Origin: an uncultured Actinomycetota bacterium
GTDB taxonomy: Bacteria; Actinomycetota; Actinomycetes; Mycobacteriales; Mycobacteriaceae
Assembly (NCBI GenBank): GCA_963793055.1
Contig: CAWBYS010000018.1
Span: 5,794 to 69,793, forward strand
Length of the DNA stretch: 64,000 bases
Direction of reading: 5' to 3'
The translations under genes were made by a program, and so were the position numbers. The number at the start of each line of letters is the position of its first letter. Positions within the stretch are counted from its first letter, which is position 1. The notes under the pieces are model-generated. The model was given only the letters and a program-made list of their open reading frames with translations. It ran no database searches and was not told the origin of the DNA. Below are positions 10,578-20,454 of this stretch, in pieces.

Positions 10578-11111
10578 ATGAACATTTCTTCGATCGGCGG
10601 CGCGTCCGGCATGACGGGCATCACCGGCGCGAACCAAGACAACTTTCGTACCCACATGCAGCAGTCGATGGCACCCGTCGCGCAGCTGTTTGGAATGAGT
10701 AGCGACGACTTGATGAGTGCGGTCAAGGCGAGCGGCGGCAGTCTCGCCGACTACGCCGCATCGAAAGGCATCTCGAGCAGCGACCTGACCGCGGCAATCA
10801 AGCAGGGGCTGCAAGCGAACGCGCCGAACGGTGTGCAGCTCTCTGACTCGCAGCTCACGAATCTGGCGCAACGGATCGAGAATCACAAGCCGGGGGATGG
10901 TCCCCAAGGGCCGCCGCCGGGTGGCGGTGCGGGTGGTGTGAGCGCGACCAACCCGAACTCGACGATCAAGACGGAGCTGGAGAAGCTCATCGCCGATCTC
11001 AAGACGTCTGAATCGCAGACTGATTCGTCGACGAGCTCGCCCACGGGATCGAACGCCGTGTCGACGAACGCGTTGCTCGATGTGCTGACCCGATTCGACC
11101 AGCAGCTCTGA
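10578..11111 (+). CDS. Hypothetical Ser/Gly-rich helical protein
   Basis: SD GAGGAGAGG; 177-aa ORF with AQLFGMSSDDL..SLADYAASKGISSSDL helical unit and GPQGPPP linker. Confidence 0.8.
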   Translation: MNISSIGGASGMTGITGANQDNFRTHMQQSMAPVAQLFGMSSDDLMSAVKASGGSLADYAASKGISSSDLTAAIKQGLQANAPNGVQLSDSQLTNLAQRIENHKPGDGPQGPPPGGGAGGVSATNPNSTIKTELEKLIADLKTSESQTDSSTSSPTGSNAVSTNALLDVLTRFDQQL

Positions 11112-11142
11112 GTCGATCGGCCCGTCGCGCATGGAGGCCCGG

Positions 11143-11556
11143 CTCGACGACCCGACCGGCGACGCCGAACTGCTGATGCTGGGCTGGGGGAGCAGCTACG
11201 GCCCCATCGGCGAGGCAAGCCGACGGGCGCGGCGCAAGGGCATCAAGGTCGCCCAGGCGCACCTGCGCAACCTCAACCCGTTCCCAGCCAACCTCGGCGA
11301 GGTGCTGCGGCGCTACCCGAAGGTCGTGCTCCCCGAGATGAACCTGGGTCAACTCGCGCTGCTGTTGCGCGGCGAGTTCCTCGTCGACGTGCAATCGGTT
11401 ACAAAGGTTGAGGGCATGGCATTCCTGGCCGACGAGGTCGAGGGCATCATCGACGCCGCGTTGGACGGGACGTTGGGCGACAAGGAAATCGACAAGGCCA
11501 AGTTCGCGCGGTTGGCAGCGGCCACCGTCGAGACTGGCGCGGGAGCAATCGCATGA
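11143..11556 (+). CDS. korA: 2-oxoacid:ferredoxin oxidoreductase alpha subunit, C-terminal ~137 aa only
   Basis: DDPTGDAELLMLGWGSSYGP..HLRNLNPFP..PEMNLGQL; ATGA overlap with korB; most of the gene is absent. Confidence 0.9.
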   Translation, partial: LDDPTGDAELLMLGWGSSYGPIGEASRRARRKGIKVAQAHLRNLNPFPANLGEVLRRYPKVVLPEMNLGQLALLLRGEFLVDVQSVTKVEGMAFLADEVEGIIDAALDGTLGDKEIDKAKFARLAAATVETGAGAIA

Positions 11557-12623
11557 CTGACTTGATCGGATCGGATCTCGGGCTCACGGCCGGGACCAGT
11601 GGGGTGCCCACGACCGACGAGGTGCAGAAGTCGAAAGACTTCACCAGCGACCAGGAGGTTCGCTGGTGCCCCGGTTGTGGCGACTACGTCATCCTCAACA
11701 CGATCCGAAACTTCCTGCCGGAACTAGGGCTGCGCCGCGAGAACATCGCGTTCGTCAGCGGCATCGGCTGCTCGAGCCGTTTCCCCTACTACCTGGAGAC
11801 ATACGGTTTCCACTCGATCCACGGGCGCGCCCCGACTGTCGCCACCGGCCTGGCGCTGGCCCGGCGGGACCTCTCGGTGTGGGTCGTCACCGGTGACGGT
11901 GACGCGCTTTCGATCGGCGGCAACCATCTCATCCATGCGCTGCGACGCAATGTGAACCTGACGATCCTGCTGTTCAACAACCGGATCTACGGCCTGACCA
12001 AGGGGCAGTACTCGCCGACCTCCGAGGTCGGCAAGGTCACCAAGTCCACGCCGATGGGCTCGCTGGACTACCCCTTCAATCCGGTATCGCTGGCGCTCGG
12101 CGCCGACGCGACCTTCGTCGGCCGTGCGATGGACTCCGACCGCAAGGGGTTGACCGAGGTGCTGAAGGCGGCCGCAGCGCACCGCGGCGCCGCACTGGTC
12201 GAGATCCTGCAGGACTGCCCGATCTTCAATGACGGCTCATTCGACGCCCTGCGCAAGGAGGGCGCCGAGGAGCGGCTGATCAATCTCAGCCATGGGCAGC
12301 CGATCACATTCGGCACCGATGGCGAATACTGCGTCGTGAAGTCCGGCTATGGGCTCGAGCTGGCCAAGACCGCCGACGTGTCCGCCGACGAGATCGTCGT
12401 GCACGACGCCCACCTTCACGATCCCGCGTATGCATTCGCGCTGTCGCGACTGTCCGAGCAGAACCTCGAGCACATGGTGATGGGGATCTTCCGGCAGGTC
12501 AGCAAGCCGACGTACGACGATGCGGCGCGTCAGCAGGTCGCGGCGGCGCGCGAAGCCAAGCCGCACGACACGGCTGCGTTGCAGTCTCTGCTCCGCGGCA
12601 AAGACACTTGGACCGTCGACTAA
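11553..12623 (+). CDS. korB: 2-oxoacid:ferredoxin oxidoreductase beta subunit
   Basis: [49 protein letters not shown]. Confidence 0.97.
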   Translation: MTDLIGSDLGLTAGTSGVPTTDEVQKSKDFTSDQEVRWCPGCGDYVILNTIRNFLPELGLRRENIAFVSGIGCSSRFPYYLETYGFHSIHGRAPTVATGLALARRDLSVWVVTGDGDALSIGGNHLIHALRRNVNLTILLFNNRIYGLTKGQYSPTSEVGKVTKSTPMGSLDYPFNPVSLALGADATFVGRAMDSDRKGLTEVLKAAAAHRGAALVEILQDCPIFNDGSFDALRKEGAEERLINLSHGQPITFGTDGEYCVVKSGYGLELAKTADVSADEIVVHDAHLHDPAYAFALSRLSEQNLEHMVMGIFRQVSKPTYDDAARQQVAAAREAKPHDTAALQSLLRGKDTWTVD

Positions 12624-12633
12624 TCTCGTGGGC

Positions 12634-13227
12634 GTGACGACGTCCCCCGTGCCGCTTGCAGCAGTGATTCTGGCCGGCGGGGCGTCCCGCCGGATGGGCC
12701 GCGACAAGGCCACCACGATGTTCGGCGGTAAGACGCTGGTCGAGCAGGTGGTTTCGGCGGTGAGCTCACGGTGTGCACCGGTTTTCGTGATGGCCGCGCC
12801 GGGTCAGGCGCTGCCGGCAGTGCAGGCGGTGATTCTGCGCGACGAGATGCAGGGCGAGGGGCCGCTCCTTGCGACGGGCCGCGGGCTGCGCGCCGCCGCC
12901 GAGGCCGGCCTCGACTTGGCGTTCGTGTGCGCTGTTGACATGCCGCTTCTGTCCTCCGAGCTGATCGATGAGCTCGCGGGTCCGGCCGTTCGACTCGGCG
13001 CGGAGGTCGTGTTGCCCTGGGATGGTCGCTCCCACTACCTGGCCGGCATCTACCGCACCAGCCTGCACGAACGCGTCGCCGGGCTGGTGGCGGCGGGCAA
13101 GCGCAGCATGCGGGCGCTGATCGACACCGTCGACACGCAGCAGGTCGTCATGCCCGAGCAGCCGTCCCTGACGAACGTGAACACTGCCGCCGAGCTCACC
13201 GCCGCAGCCCCACGGCGAATTGCATAG
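12634..13227 (+). CDS. mobA: Molybdenum cofactor guanylyltransferase
   Basis: [28 protein letters not shown]; GTG 12634 lies 7 nt after TAATCT. Confidence 0.93.
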   Translation: MTTSPVPLAAVILAGGASRRMGRDKATTMFGGKTLVEQVVSAVSSRCAPVFVMAAPGQALPAVQAVILRDEMQGEGPLLATGRGLRAAAEAGLDLAFVCAVDMPLLSSELIDELAGPAVRLGAEVVLPWDGRSHYLAGIYRTSLHERVAGLVAAGKRSMRALIDTVDTQQVVMPEQPSLTNVNTAAELTAAAPRRIA

Positions 13228-13269
13228 CAAATTCACCTTTCAATTAGCTGATAACCGAAATCTCTGCGG

Positions 13270-13328
13270 TTCGATTCGGCGCGCACATTTGTGTCGGCCG
13301 GTCGGCCATATGCGCCGCGTCGAGTCGG
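13270..13328. repeat. Imperfect intergenic inverted repeat (REP-like)
   Basis: TCGATTCGGCGCG ... CGCGTCGAGTCGG arms downstream of mobA. Confidence 0.4.
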
Positions 13329-13623
13329 CAGGCTGACGCCACCGCGATACTCAAGCGTGACGACCTGTTCTTTCCGAAACATGTTGTCCGACTGATGTTT
13401 AGAGACTCCTGCGGCGCGATGACTGTGAACGACCCCGCCGACTCCGCGTCGACTTCACTTCTCGCGCATCGCCTCAGGAGAGCGGCTAGCTTGACGGCCG
13501 GCGCGAACCATTGCGTTAGGAGTGGCAGACCGGGGGATTGCTGACGGGTGCGCTACAGGGAATGGGTTATGACATCGAATAGTGTTGCCATGCAGATGAA
13601 TTCGAGTGGCTGGAGAGATCATC

Positions 13624-13650
13624 GACTGTGACGGACGTGACCGATGTAAG
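13624..13650 (-). promoter_or_regulatory. Three 9-bp direct repeats resembling MtrA boxes
   Basis: Minus strand CTTACATCG GTCACGTCC GTCACAGTC versus the GTCACAgcg-like MtrA motif. Confidence 0.45.
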
Positions 13651-13956
13651 ATCTCCCGGGTAAGCGAGCAATGAAATAACCTGTACCACAGCATATTTCG
13701 TCGACTCACGTCAAACGCCAGCCGAGCTCCGATCCAGCGAACTGCTTTACCACGCCCTGACTGAATCGGGGATTAGATGCGACTTCTCCGCTTGCGCTGC
13801 ATATTTCGATAGATAACCGCTGGTGCAGCCTGTTTGACCGGGTGGTCCAGGTAACAAAATCATGGTGATTAGCCTCACAACAACGCACCGGCGCGTCGGA
13901 ATCCGCGTCACCGTTAAACGCGGGAATGACCTGCACGGATGGCCGTCAGGCCCCGT

Positions 13957-13985
13957 CGTGATCAGTCCGTGATCTGACCGCGACA
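13957..13985. promoter_or_regulatory. Direct repeats with 11-bp period (OmpR-family type site)
   Basis: CGTGATC at 13957 and 13968, CGCGACA at 13979; about 70 bp upstream of candidate -10 TAATTT (14054-14059). Confidence 0.5.
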
Positions 13986-14056
13986 CGTTCTTCATCAATA
14001 TGACATTGCGCGAATCGGTTTGTACGGTCCAAAACGACTCCAAACGGAGCAAATAA

Positions 14057-14608
<552 letters not shown>

Positions 14609-14632
14609 GCAACTGGCTAGATAGCTGCTTGA

Positions 14633-14676
14633 AGAGGCGGTGTCGGGGTAAAGCCCGACACCGCCTCTCCTTTCTC
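14633..14676 (+). terminator. Intrinsic terminator
   Basis: 15-bp perfect stem AGAGGCGGTGTCGGG / CCCGACACCGCCTCT followed by CCTTTCT. Confidence 0.85.
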
Positions 14677-14762
14677 AGAAGCCTCTTACACCAGTTAAGT
14701 AACGACTAAAACTTTTGACCCCTGCGTAACAGGTGATGTTCATCACCCGAAACACCGGATAG

Positions 14763-15308
<546 letters not shown>

Positions 15309-15332
15309 CTTCGTTGCTCTGTCGGGCGACGT

Positions 15333-16502
15333 TCACGCCATCGCCAGGTCGCGCTCGGTCGGCAGCACGAACGCCGAGCGCGACGCCACATCGGCGATGT
15401 GACGCGTCAGCACCACCTCGGGCACGAGGGCCGAAGCGCGGCTGGCCAGCGCGCTGAGCACGGCCGGCCGCATGTTCACGATCCGGCCCAGCGTGGCTGA
15501 CTCCCGCACCAGCGCGCGCACCCGCGGTCGGCGGAACGCGGCGAACCTCGCGAACGCAGCCGCCAGATCGTCGACACCGTCGGCGAACCGCGCCAGTAAC
15601 GCGGCGTCTTCGAGGCCCTGACAGCCACCCTGCCCCAGGTGCGGACGCATCGGATGGGCCGCGTCACCGACGACCAGCACCGGTCCGCGCGACCACTGGC
15701 GAGCCTGATCGCGGTCGTAGAGGTCGTTGCGCAACACATCGGCGGCGTCGGTCGCATCCAGCACGGCCGGGACCGGGTCGGCCCATCGGGCGAACTTGGC
15801 CTTCAGGTAGGCCAACTCACCGTCCGGCGAGCTCTGGCCCTCGGGCATGCGCTCGGTCGCGAACCAGTAGGTGAGCCCGGAGCCGAGGGGGACGTGGCCG
15901 AACTCGATGCCCGGCCCGACCGTCTCGCCGGCGAAGTCGGCCTCGATCGTGCAGTCGGCCACGCCGCGCCACGCGGTGTAGCCGACGTAGCGGTCACGCA
16001 GCGCGCCGTTGAGGTGACGGGCCACCACCGATCGCGTGCCGTCGGCGCCGATCACGGCCGCGGCGTCTTGGGTGGTCGAATCCGACAGCGTGACGCGGAC
16101 GCCGCCGGCGGTCATGACGAGCTCTCGTGCGGACAAACCGTGGCGGACCGTACCGTCGGCGAGCGCATCCGACAGCACGGCCGTCAACGCCGAACGACGA
16201 ATCACCACAAGCGGTTCGCCCAGTGCCTTGACCAACCGCTGCGGCGACGGGTGTCTCAGCCAGGTGCCGTCGCGCCAGCGCATCGCGCCCGCGGTCACCC
16301 GACCGCCGGCCTCCCGGACGGCGTCGCCGAGCCCGATCTCGTCGAGGGCGGCCAGCGCGTTGGGCCAGATGCTGATGCCGGCGCCCGACGAGGTGTCCAG
16401 GCGTTCCTCGATGACGGTGACGTCGTGGCCGCGCCGCTGCAGTGCCACTGCGGTTGCGAGACCGGCGATACCGGCCCCTACCACCAGGATCTGCTGTGCC
16501 AT
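15333..16502 (-). CDS. FAD-dependent monooxygenase
   Basis: VVGAGIAGL, IGADGTRS, VGDAAHPMRPHLGQGGCQGLEDA. Confidence 0.93.
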   Translation of the reverse strand: MAQQILVVGAGIAGLATAVALQRRGHDVTVIEERLDTSSGAGISIWPNALAALDEIGLGDAVREAGGRVTAGAMRWRDGTWLRHPSPQRLVKALGEPLVVIRRSALTAVLSDALADGTVRHGLSARELVMTAGGVRVTLSDSTTQDAAAVIGADGTRSVVARHLNGALRDRYVGYTAWRGVADCTIEADFAGETVGPGIEFGHVPLGSGLTYWFATERMPEGQSSPDGELAYLKAKFARWADPVPAVLDATDAADVLRNDLYDRDQARQWSRGPVLVVGDAAHPMRPHLGQGGCQGLEDAALLARFADGVDDLAAAFARFAAFRRPRVRALVRESATLGRIVNMRPAVLSALASRASALVPEVVLTRHIADVASRSAFVLPTERDLAMA

Positions 16503-16533
16503 CCATCGAATTTATCGCGACGGTGGCGGTGAG

Positions 16534-17061
16534 CTACACGTCGAAGATCAGCAGTGTGCTGCTGGCCGTCGCGACGACGGCGCCGCTTTCGTCGGTTACG
16601 ACGCCTTCGGCGAAGCCGACCCGCGACCCCGACTTCACGACGGTGCCCGTCGCGGTCAGAAGGCCACTGCTCAACCGGACGGCCTTGAGATAGTTCACTT
16701 TGATCTCGACAGAGGTGTACCCCTTGCCCAGCGGCAGCGTGGTGTGGACAGCACAGGCCGTCACCGAATCCAGCAGCGTGCAGATCAGCCCGCCATGTAT
16801 GGCGCCGATCGGGTTGTACGCGGATTCGTCTGGGCGGCAGGTGAATACCGCACGGCCCTCGTCGGCCTCGACGATTGAGAACTCCATCAGTGCGCCGATC
16901 GGCGGCTGCGGCAGCGAGCCGTCGGCCATGGCCCGCAGGTAGTCGATGCCGGGCATCGTCAAACCCTTGGCGGTGCTGGGGCCGGGCTCATGCCAGGTGA
17001 CGGTCTTGGAGCGCGGCTGCCCCCAGTCGGCGCGTTCGATGTCGACGAGTTCTGCGGTCAT
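16534..17061 (-). CDS. PaaI-family thioesterase
   Basis: YNPIGAIHGGLICTLLDS, SVEIKVNYL; ATGA overlap with HxlR gene. Confidence 0.9.
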   Translation of the reverse strand: MTAELVDIERADWGQPRSKTVTWHEPGPSTAKGLTMPGIDYLRAMADGSLPQPPIGALMEFSIVEADEGRAVFTCRPDESAYNPIGAIHGGLICTLLDSVTACAVHTTLPLGKGYTSVEIKVNYLKAVRLSSGLLTATGTVVKSGSRVGFAEGVVTDESGAVVATASSTLLIFDV

Positions 17062-17456
17062 CGTGATTCCTTCAGCGTGCTCATGGGTGGGTAGTGGCGT
17101 TGTCGATCGGGATCGTCGGGCGCCACCGCGTGGACCCGGCCCCACGCCAGTAGCGCATCGAGGACGGGGATCAGCGCCTCGCCGGACTCCGTCAGCACGT
17201 ACTCGTAGCGCGGCGGGTTGCTCTGGTACGGCGATCGTGCGATGACGCCCGCAGCCTCCAGCGCTTTCAACCGGGCCGCGATGCGGTCCCGCGGCGCGCC
17301 CGTGCCACGCACGATGTCGCCGAAGTGGGTGGCCCCGAGTGCGATCTCACGCACGACGAGCAGCGCCCAGCGCTCGCCGACCAGCTCCAGCGTCGCCGCG
17401 ATGGGACAAGGCCGGCCGGGAAGTTCGGCCAAAGGCACAGCGGGCACCGCGGTCAT
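17058..17456 (-). CDS. HxlR-family winged-helix regulator
   Basis: CPIAATLELVGERWALLVVRE, RLKALEAAGV, PPRYEYVLTESG. Confidence 0.92.
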   Translation of the reverse strand: MTAVPAVPLAELPGRPCPIAATLELVGERWALLVVREIALGATHFGDIVRGTGAPRDRIAARLKALEAAGVIARSPYQSNPPRYEYVLTESGEALIPVLDALLAWGRVHAVAPDDPDRQRHYPPMSTLKESR

Positions 17457-17478
17457 GGCGGCCAGCCTGCCACAAGTC

Positions 17479-17495
17479 AGTTTGAAAATCAAACT
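17479..17495. promoter_or_regulatory. Palindromic operator candidate
   Basis: Perfect AGTTTGA-AAA-TCAAACT, 22 bp upstream of the HxlR start. Confidence 0.7.
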
Positions 17496-17612
17496 CACGT
17501 AGGAAGTCGTCGTCCCCACATGTCGTCGAGACTGCGTACAGATCGCTATTTCGGCGGGCGAGACGCTCTGTGAGCAGTCGCGGCAGGTCGGGCGCTGTGC
17601 TACGAACGGAGC

Positions 17613-18224
17613 ATGGCACCTACTGGGGCGACGCCCTCCGACGCCCTCGACGACTACCTCGCGCTGCCGCGTGTTTCGGGATTGGCTGCGTTATCGGACT
17701 GGTCGTGGGTGGTCGCGACGGTTGCCGAGCTCAACGACAAGCGCACCGAATACGTCAGCCCGGGTTTGGGAAGTCGATGGCGGCGGGACAACTTCCGGCG
17801 TGACGGCTGACGTGCGGCACCATAAGGAATGTCGTCACCGGTGTACCTCCACGGTGACCTGCTCTTCGCCGCCTTCGAGCCGACCGACCTCACTACGACG
17901 CCGGGAGATGCGCTGCCGGCCGCCGAATTCGACATCGGCTACGACGGAAGCTTCGTACAGACGGTGATTGACGGCGAACCCGATGCCGATCTCCGGGAGC
18001 CGTATCCGACATCGAAGACGGCTCCACGAATCACGTTGGGCTGCTCGCACTTCGATGGCGAGCACATCGACGCGGCGTCGGGCTGGGACCGCTGGTCGAC
18101 GTCGGTCACCCGGGCTCGCGACGGCTTGGCGCTGGTCGTCACCGCCGATCAGAACGGTCGCGTGCCCGTCTTTCGTGTCGACCTGCACAACCTGGCGGGC
18201 CGGTACGGCCGCGATATGACCTGA
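17613..18224 (+). pseudogene. Degraded S9-family (prolyl oligopeptidase-like) peptidase remnant
   Basis: Discontinuous patches LDDYLALPRVSGLA, VATVAELNDKRTEYVS, SSPVY..GDLLFA, WDRWSTSV..LVVTADQNGRVPVFRVDL in different frames; no catalytic domain. Confidence 0.6.
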
Positions 18225-19369
18225 TGGTAGCGATGCGGCCAACCGCAGACAGCGCGCGAGCGCTCGCACCAGACCTTGCGCGTGGATTCATGCTGCTGTT
18301 CATCGCCTTGGCGCATGCGCATGCCTACCTAGACCGCCCACCCATGCTGGCTGGCTATCCGCTGGAAAACGCCACGATCGATAAGATTTCTGCCTGGCTG
18401 ACGGTGACTTTTGTCGATTCGCGGGCGATCCCCATGTTCGCGCTGCTGCTTGGCTATGGTGTCGCCCATATCGTTCGGCGTCAGGGGGACCTGCCGCCGA
18501 AGGATCTACGTCGGCTGCTCTGGCGGCGAGCGGCGGCATTCATCGTTATCGGTTTCCTGCATTGCATCCTGCTTGCAGGCAACGACATCCTCACCGCCTA
18601 CGGCGGGATGCTGCTGATCGGCGCCTGCATCGCAATGGTGTATTGGCCCGACCGCTACATCCTGCTGTTTGCCGTGGTCTTCCTCGGCCCGCTCGCGCTG
18701 CCCGCAGTCAGTCACCGCATGATCTCAACCGACCCGCCACCGCTCATCCTGCTGCCTCCTGACGTGGTCACCGCAGTAACGGAACGCACATTCGCCTCGA
18801 TCGTGTTGACGATCGCCGGTCCTGTCATCATTGGGTCGGCGTTCAGCATCGGCCTGCTTACAGGACGCCACTCCATCCTCGAACACCCCGAGCGGTACGT
18901 GAAGCTACTGCGGGTGACGGCCGTCGTGGGCATCGGCGCCGCAGTCCTCGGTGCCCAGCCCATAGCGTTGGTGGTCACCGGGGTGGTCGAGGCCCCGAGA
19001 TGGGCGATCTTCCAATGGTTCGGGCCATTGGACACCTTGACCGGAATCATGGGTGGCTTCGGCTACGCCGCCGTGGTGGGACTGGTGGCGCTACAGCTCA
19101 AGGGTCGCCGCGTTGCTGCGGTCGATGCCATCAGCGCCACCGGACGGCGGTCTATGACCTGCTACATAGCGCAATCGGTGGTGTGGATGATCGTATACAC
19201 GCCGTTCTTGCTCAACATGTCGACGAAGTTCACGGTCAGCACTGCCATGCTTCTCGGCTTCGGAACCTGGCTGCTCACTGTGGCCATGGCCGACTGGATG
19301 CGTCGAACGGGTCGCAGGGGGCCGTTCGAAATCCTGCTGCGACGAGTCACCTACCGACCGTCGACGTAG
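18224..19369 (+). CDS. DUF418 (YeiB-like) multi-pass membrane protein
   Basis: RALAPDLARGFMLLFIALAH, PMFALLLGYG, GRRSMTCYIAQS, RRGPFEILLRRVTY. Confidence 0.88.
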   Translation: MVAMRPTADSARALAPDLARGFMLLFIALAHAHAYLDRPPMLAGYPLENATIDKISAWLTVTFVDSRAIPMFALLLGYGVAHIVRRQGDLPPKDLRRLLWRRAAAFIVIGFLHCILLAGNDILTAYGGMLLIGACIAMVYWPDRYILLFAVVFLGPLALPAVSHRMISTDPPPLILLPPDVVTAVTERTFASIVLTIAGPVIIGSAFSIGLLTGRHSILEHPERYVKLLRVTAVVGIGAAVLGAQPIALVVTGVVEAPRWAIFQWFGPLDTLTGIMGGFGYAAVVGLVALQLKGRRVAAVDAISATGRRSMTCYIAQSVVWMIVYTPFLLNMSTKFTVSTAMLLGFGTWLLTVAMADWMRRTGRRGPFEILLRRVTYRPST

Positions 19370-19395
19370 CCCTCCGCCGATATCCATCGAGAATG

Positions 19396-19488
19396 TCAGC
19401 TACTGCCGATGGGGATGTAGAGCGCACAGAAGGCACTGAACACCACCAACACGATGGTCGGTACCAACGCCGCAATGACCTTGCCCAT
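19396..19488 (-). CDS. Candidate 30-aa single-TM small protein
   Basis: MGKVIAALVPTIVLVVFSAFCALYIPIGSS, ATG 19488 to TGA 19396; not in ORF track. Confidence 0.35.
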   Translation of the reverse strand: MGKVIAALVPTIVLVVFSAFCALYIPIGSS

Positions 19489-19551
19489 GCTTCTAGCAAC
19501 CGTCATGTCCTGGGGAGGACGTCGAACTGCCGGAGACACTCGGGTGATGAG

Positions 19552-20421
19552 CTAGAACCGCACCGGGACAATGAGATTCGTCAGCCAGACGGCCACGAAC
19601 AGAATCGCGTAGGTGCCTAGCACGATGGCAGTCGCGCGGGCGAGCGGCAGCTCGGTCATCGCGTGGCCGGATTCACCGGCCGAGGCGGGCTGCATCTGTG
19701 CGTGATCCATCATCATGGACGGTTCGGGAGAGGCATGGCCGAGGCCGGGCGCAGGAGTGTCAGCGCCGGGCAGCGTCATGCAGCCGTGCTTGAGGCGGTT
19801 GGCAACCAGCCAGTGGTTGATCGGATAGGCGACGATGCCGCCGACGATGGTGGCAACGCTCATCCGAAACCAGAACGAAGCGTGGTGCGGTTGTTCCGAG
19901 CCCGCCCAGTGCGTACCGAGGATCAGCATCACCGGAAGCATGCCGGTCATCACCAGGTTCATCGAGACCGTCTCGGCGAAAAAGGTCTTGCGCACCGCCT
20001 TCCAATAATCGCCGTCGTACATGCCGACCATCATCAGTGCCTGGAAGATGAACAGGCCGAAGGCGAATGCGGACAGATACTCGACGGTGGCGTCCCAACC
20101 GTTGGTCAGGCTGAACACCGGCAGGATCGAGGCGGCCACGACGATGCCCGTCGCATCCCCGGCCAGACAGTGCATCTCGCTGTTGAGCGACTGCTTCCAG
20201 GTCGCTGCCGTGAATGCATCGTGGGTTCCCGGAATCGGCCTGCGACAGGCCAGCAAGTAGAAGAAGGCACCGACCGGACCCGTGTAGGCCGTGACGAGAA
20301 TCCACGCCGTGCGCTGAACCCAGCTGGTGACACCGTTGACGATGGAATCCCAGACGACGAAGAGCACACTGCCCGCCGTCAGGGCGAACCAGACCACCAT
20401 GGCACCGTCGAGCATGGGCAT
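19552..20421 (-). CDS. DUF4396-family membrane protein
   Basis: TWKQSLNSEMHCLAGDATG, FWFRMS, AYPINHWLVANRLKHG; SD AAGGAG before ATG 20421. Confidence 0.85.
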   Translation of the reverse strand: MPMLDGAMVVWFALTAGSVLFVVWDSIVNGVTSWVQRTAWILVTAYTGPVGAFFYLLACRRPIPGTHDAFTAATWKQSLNSEMHCLAGDATGIVVAASILPVFSLTNGWDATVEYLSAFAFGLFIFQALMMVGMYDGDYWKAVRKTFFAETVSMNLVMTGMLPVMLILGTHWAGSEQPHHASFWFRMSVATIVGGIVAYPINHWLVANRLKHGCMTLPGADTPAPGLGHASPEPSMMMDHAQMQPASAGESGHAMTELPLARATAIVLGTYAILFVAVWLTNLIVPVRF

Positions 20422-20454
20422 CGTCTCCTTCGACGCTGGGATAGCGTAGGCGCC

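Noticed and set aside
10368-11135. CATG sites near two junctions suggesting restriction-ligation concatemers
   Set aside because: Sequence after CATG 11130 does not resume KorA directly, other joins lack it, and many CATG sites elsewhere are intact
1-11147. Genomic island or composite transposon inserted in korA
   Set aside because: Single IS with its own target duplication, no integrase or att repeats, and several independent mid-gene breaks
11131-11556. Stand-alone 141-aa KorA-like gene starting at ATG 11131
   Set aside because: MEAR is not KorA-like and has no SD; fortuitous start at the junction
19663-20454. Apparent 264-aa N-terminal extension on the Rv2449c-like protein
   Set aside because: It is the antisense of the DUF4396 gene; homology starts at GTG 20455, which has its own -10
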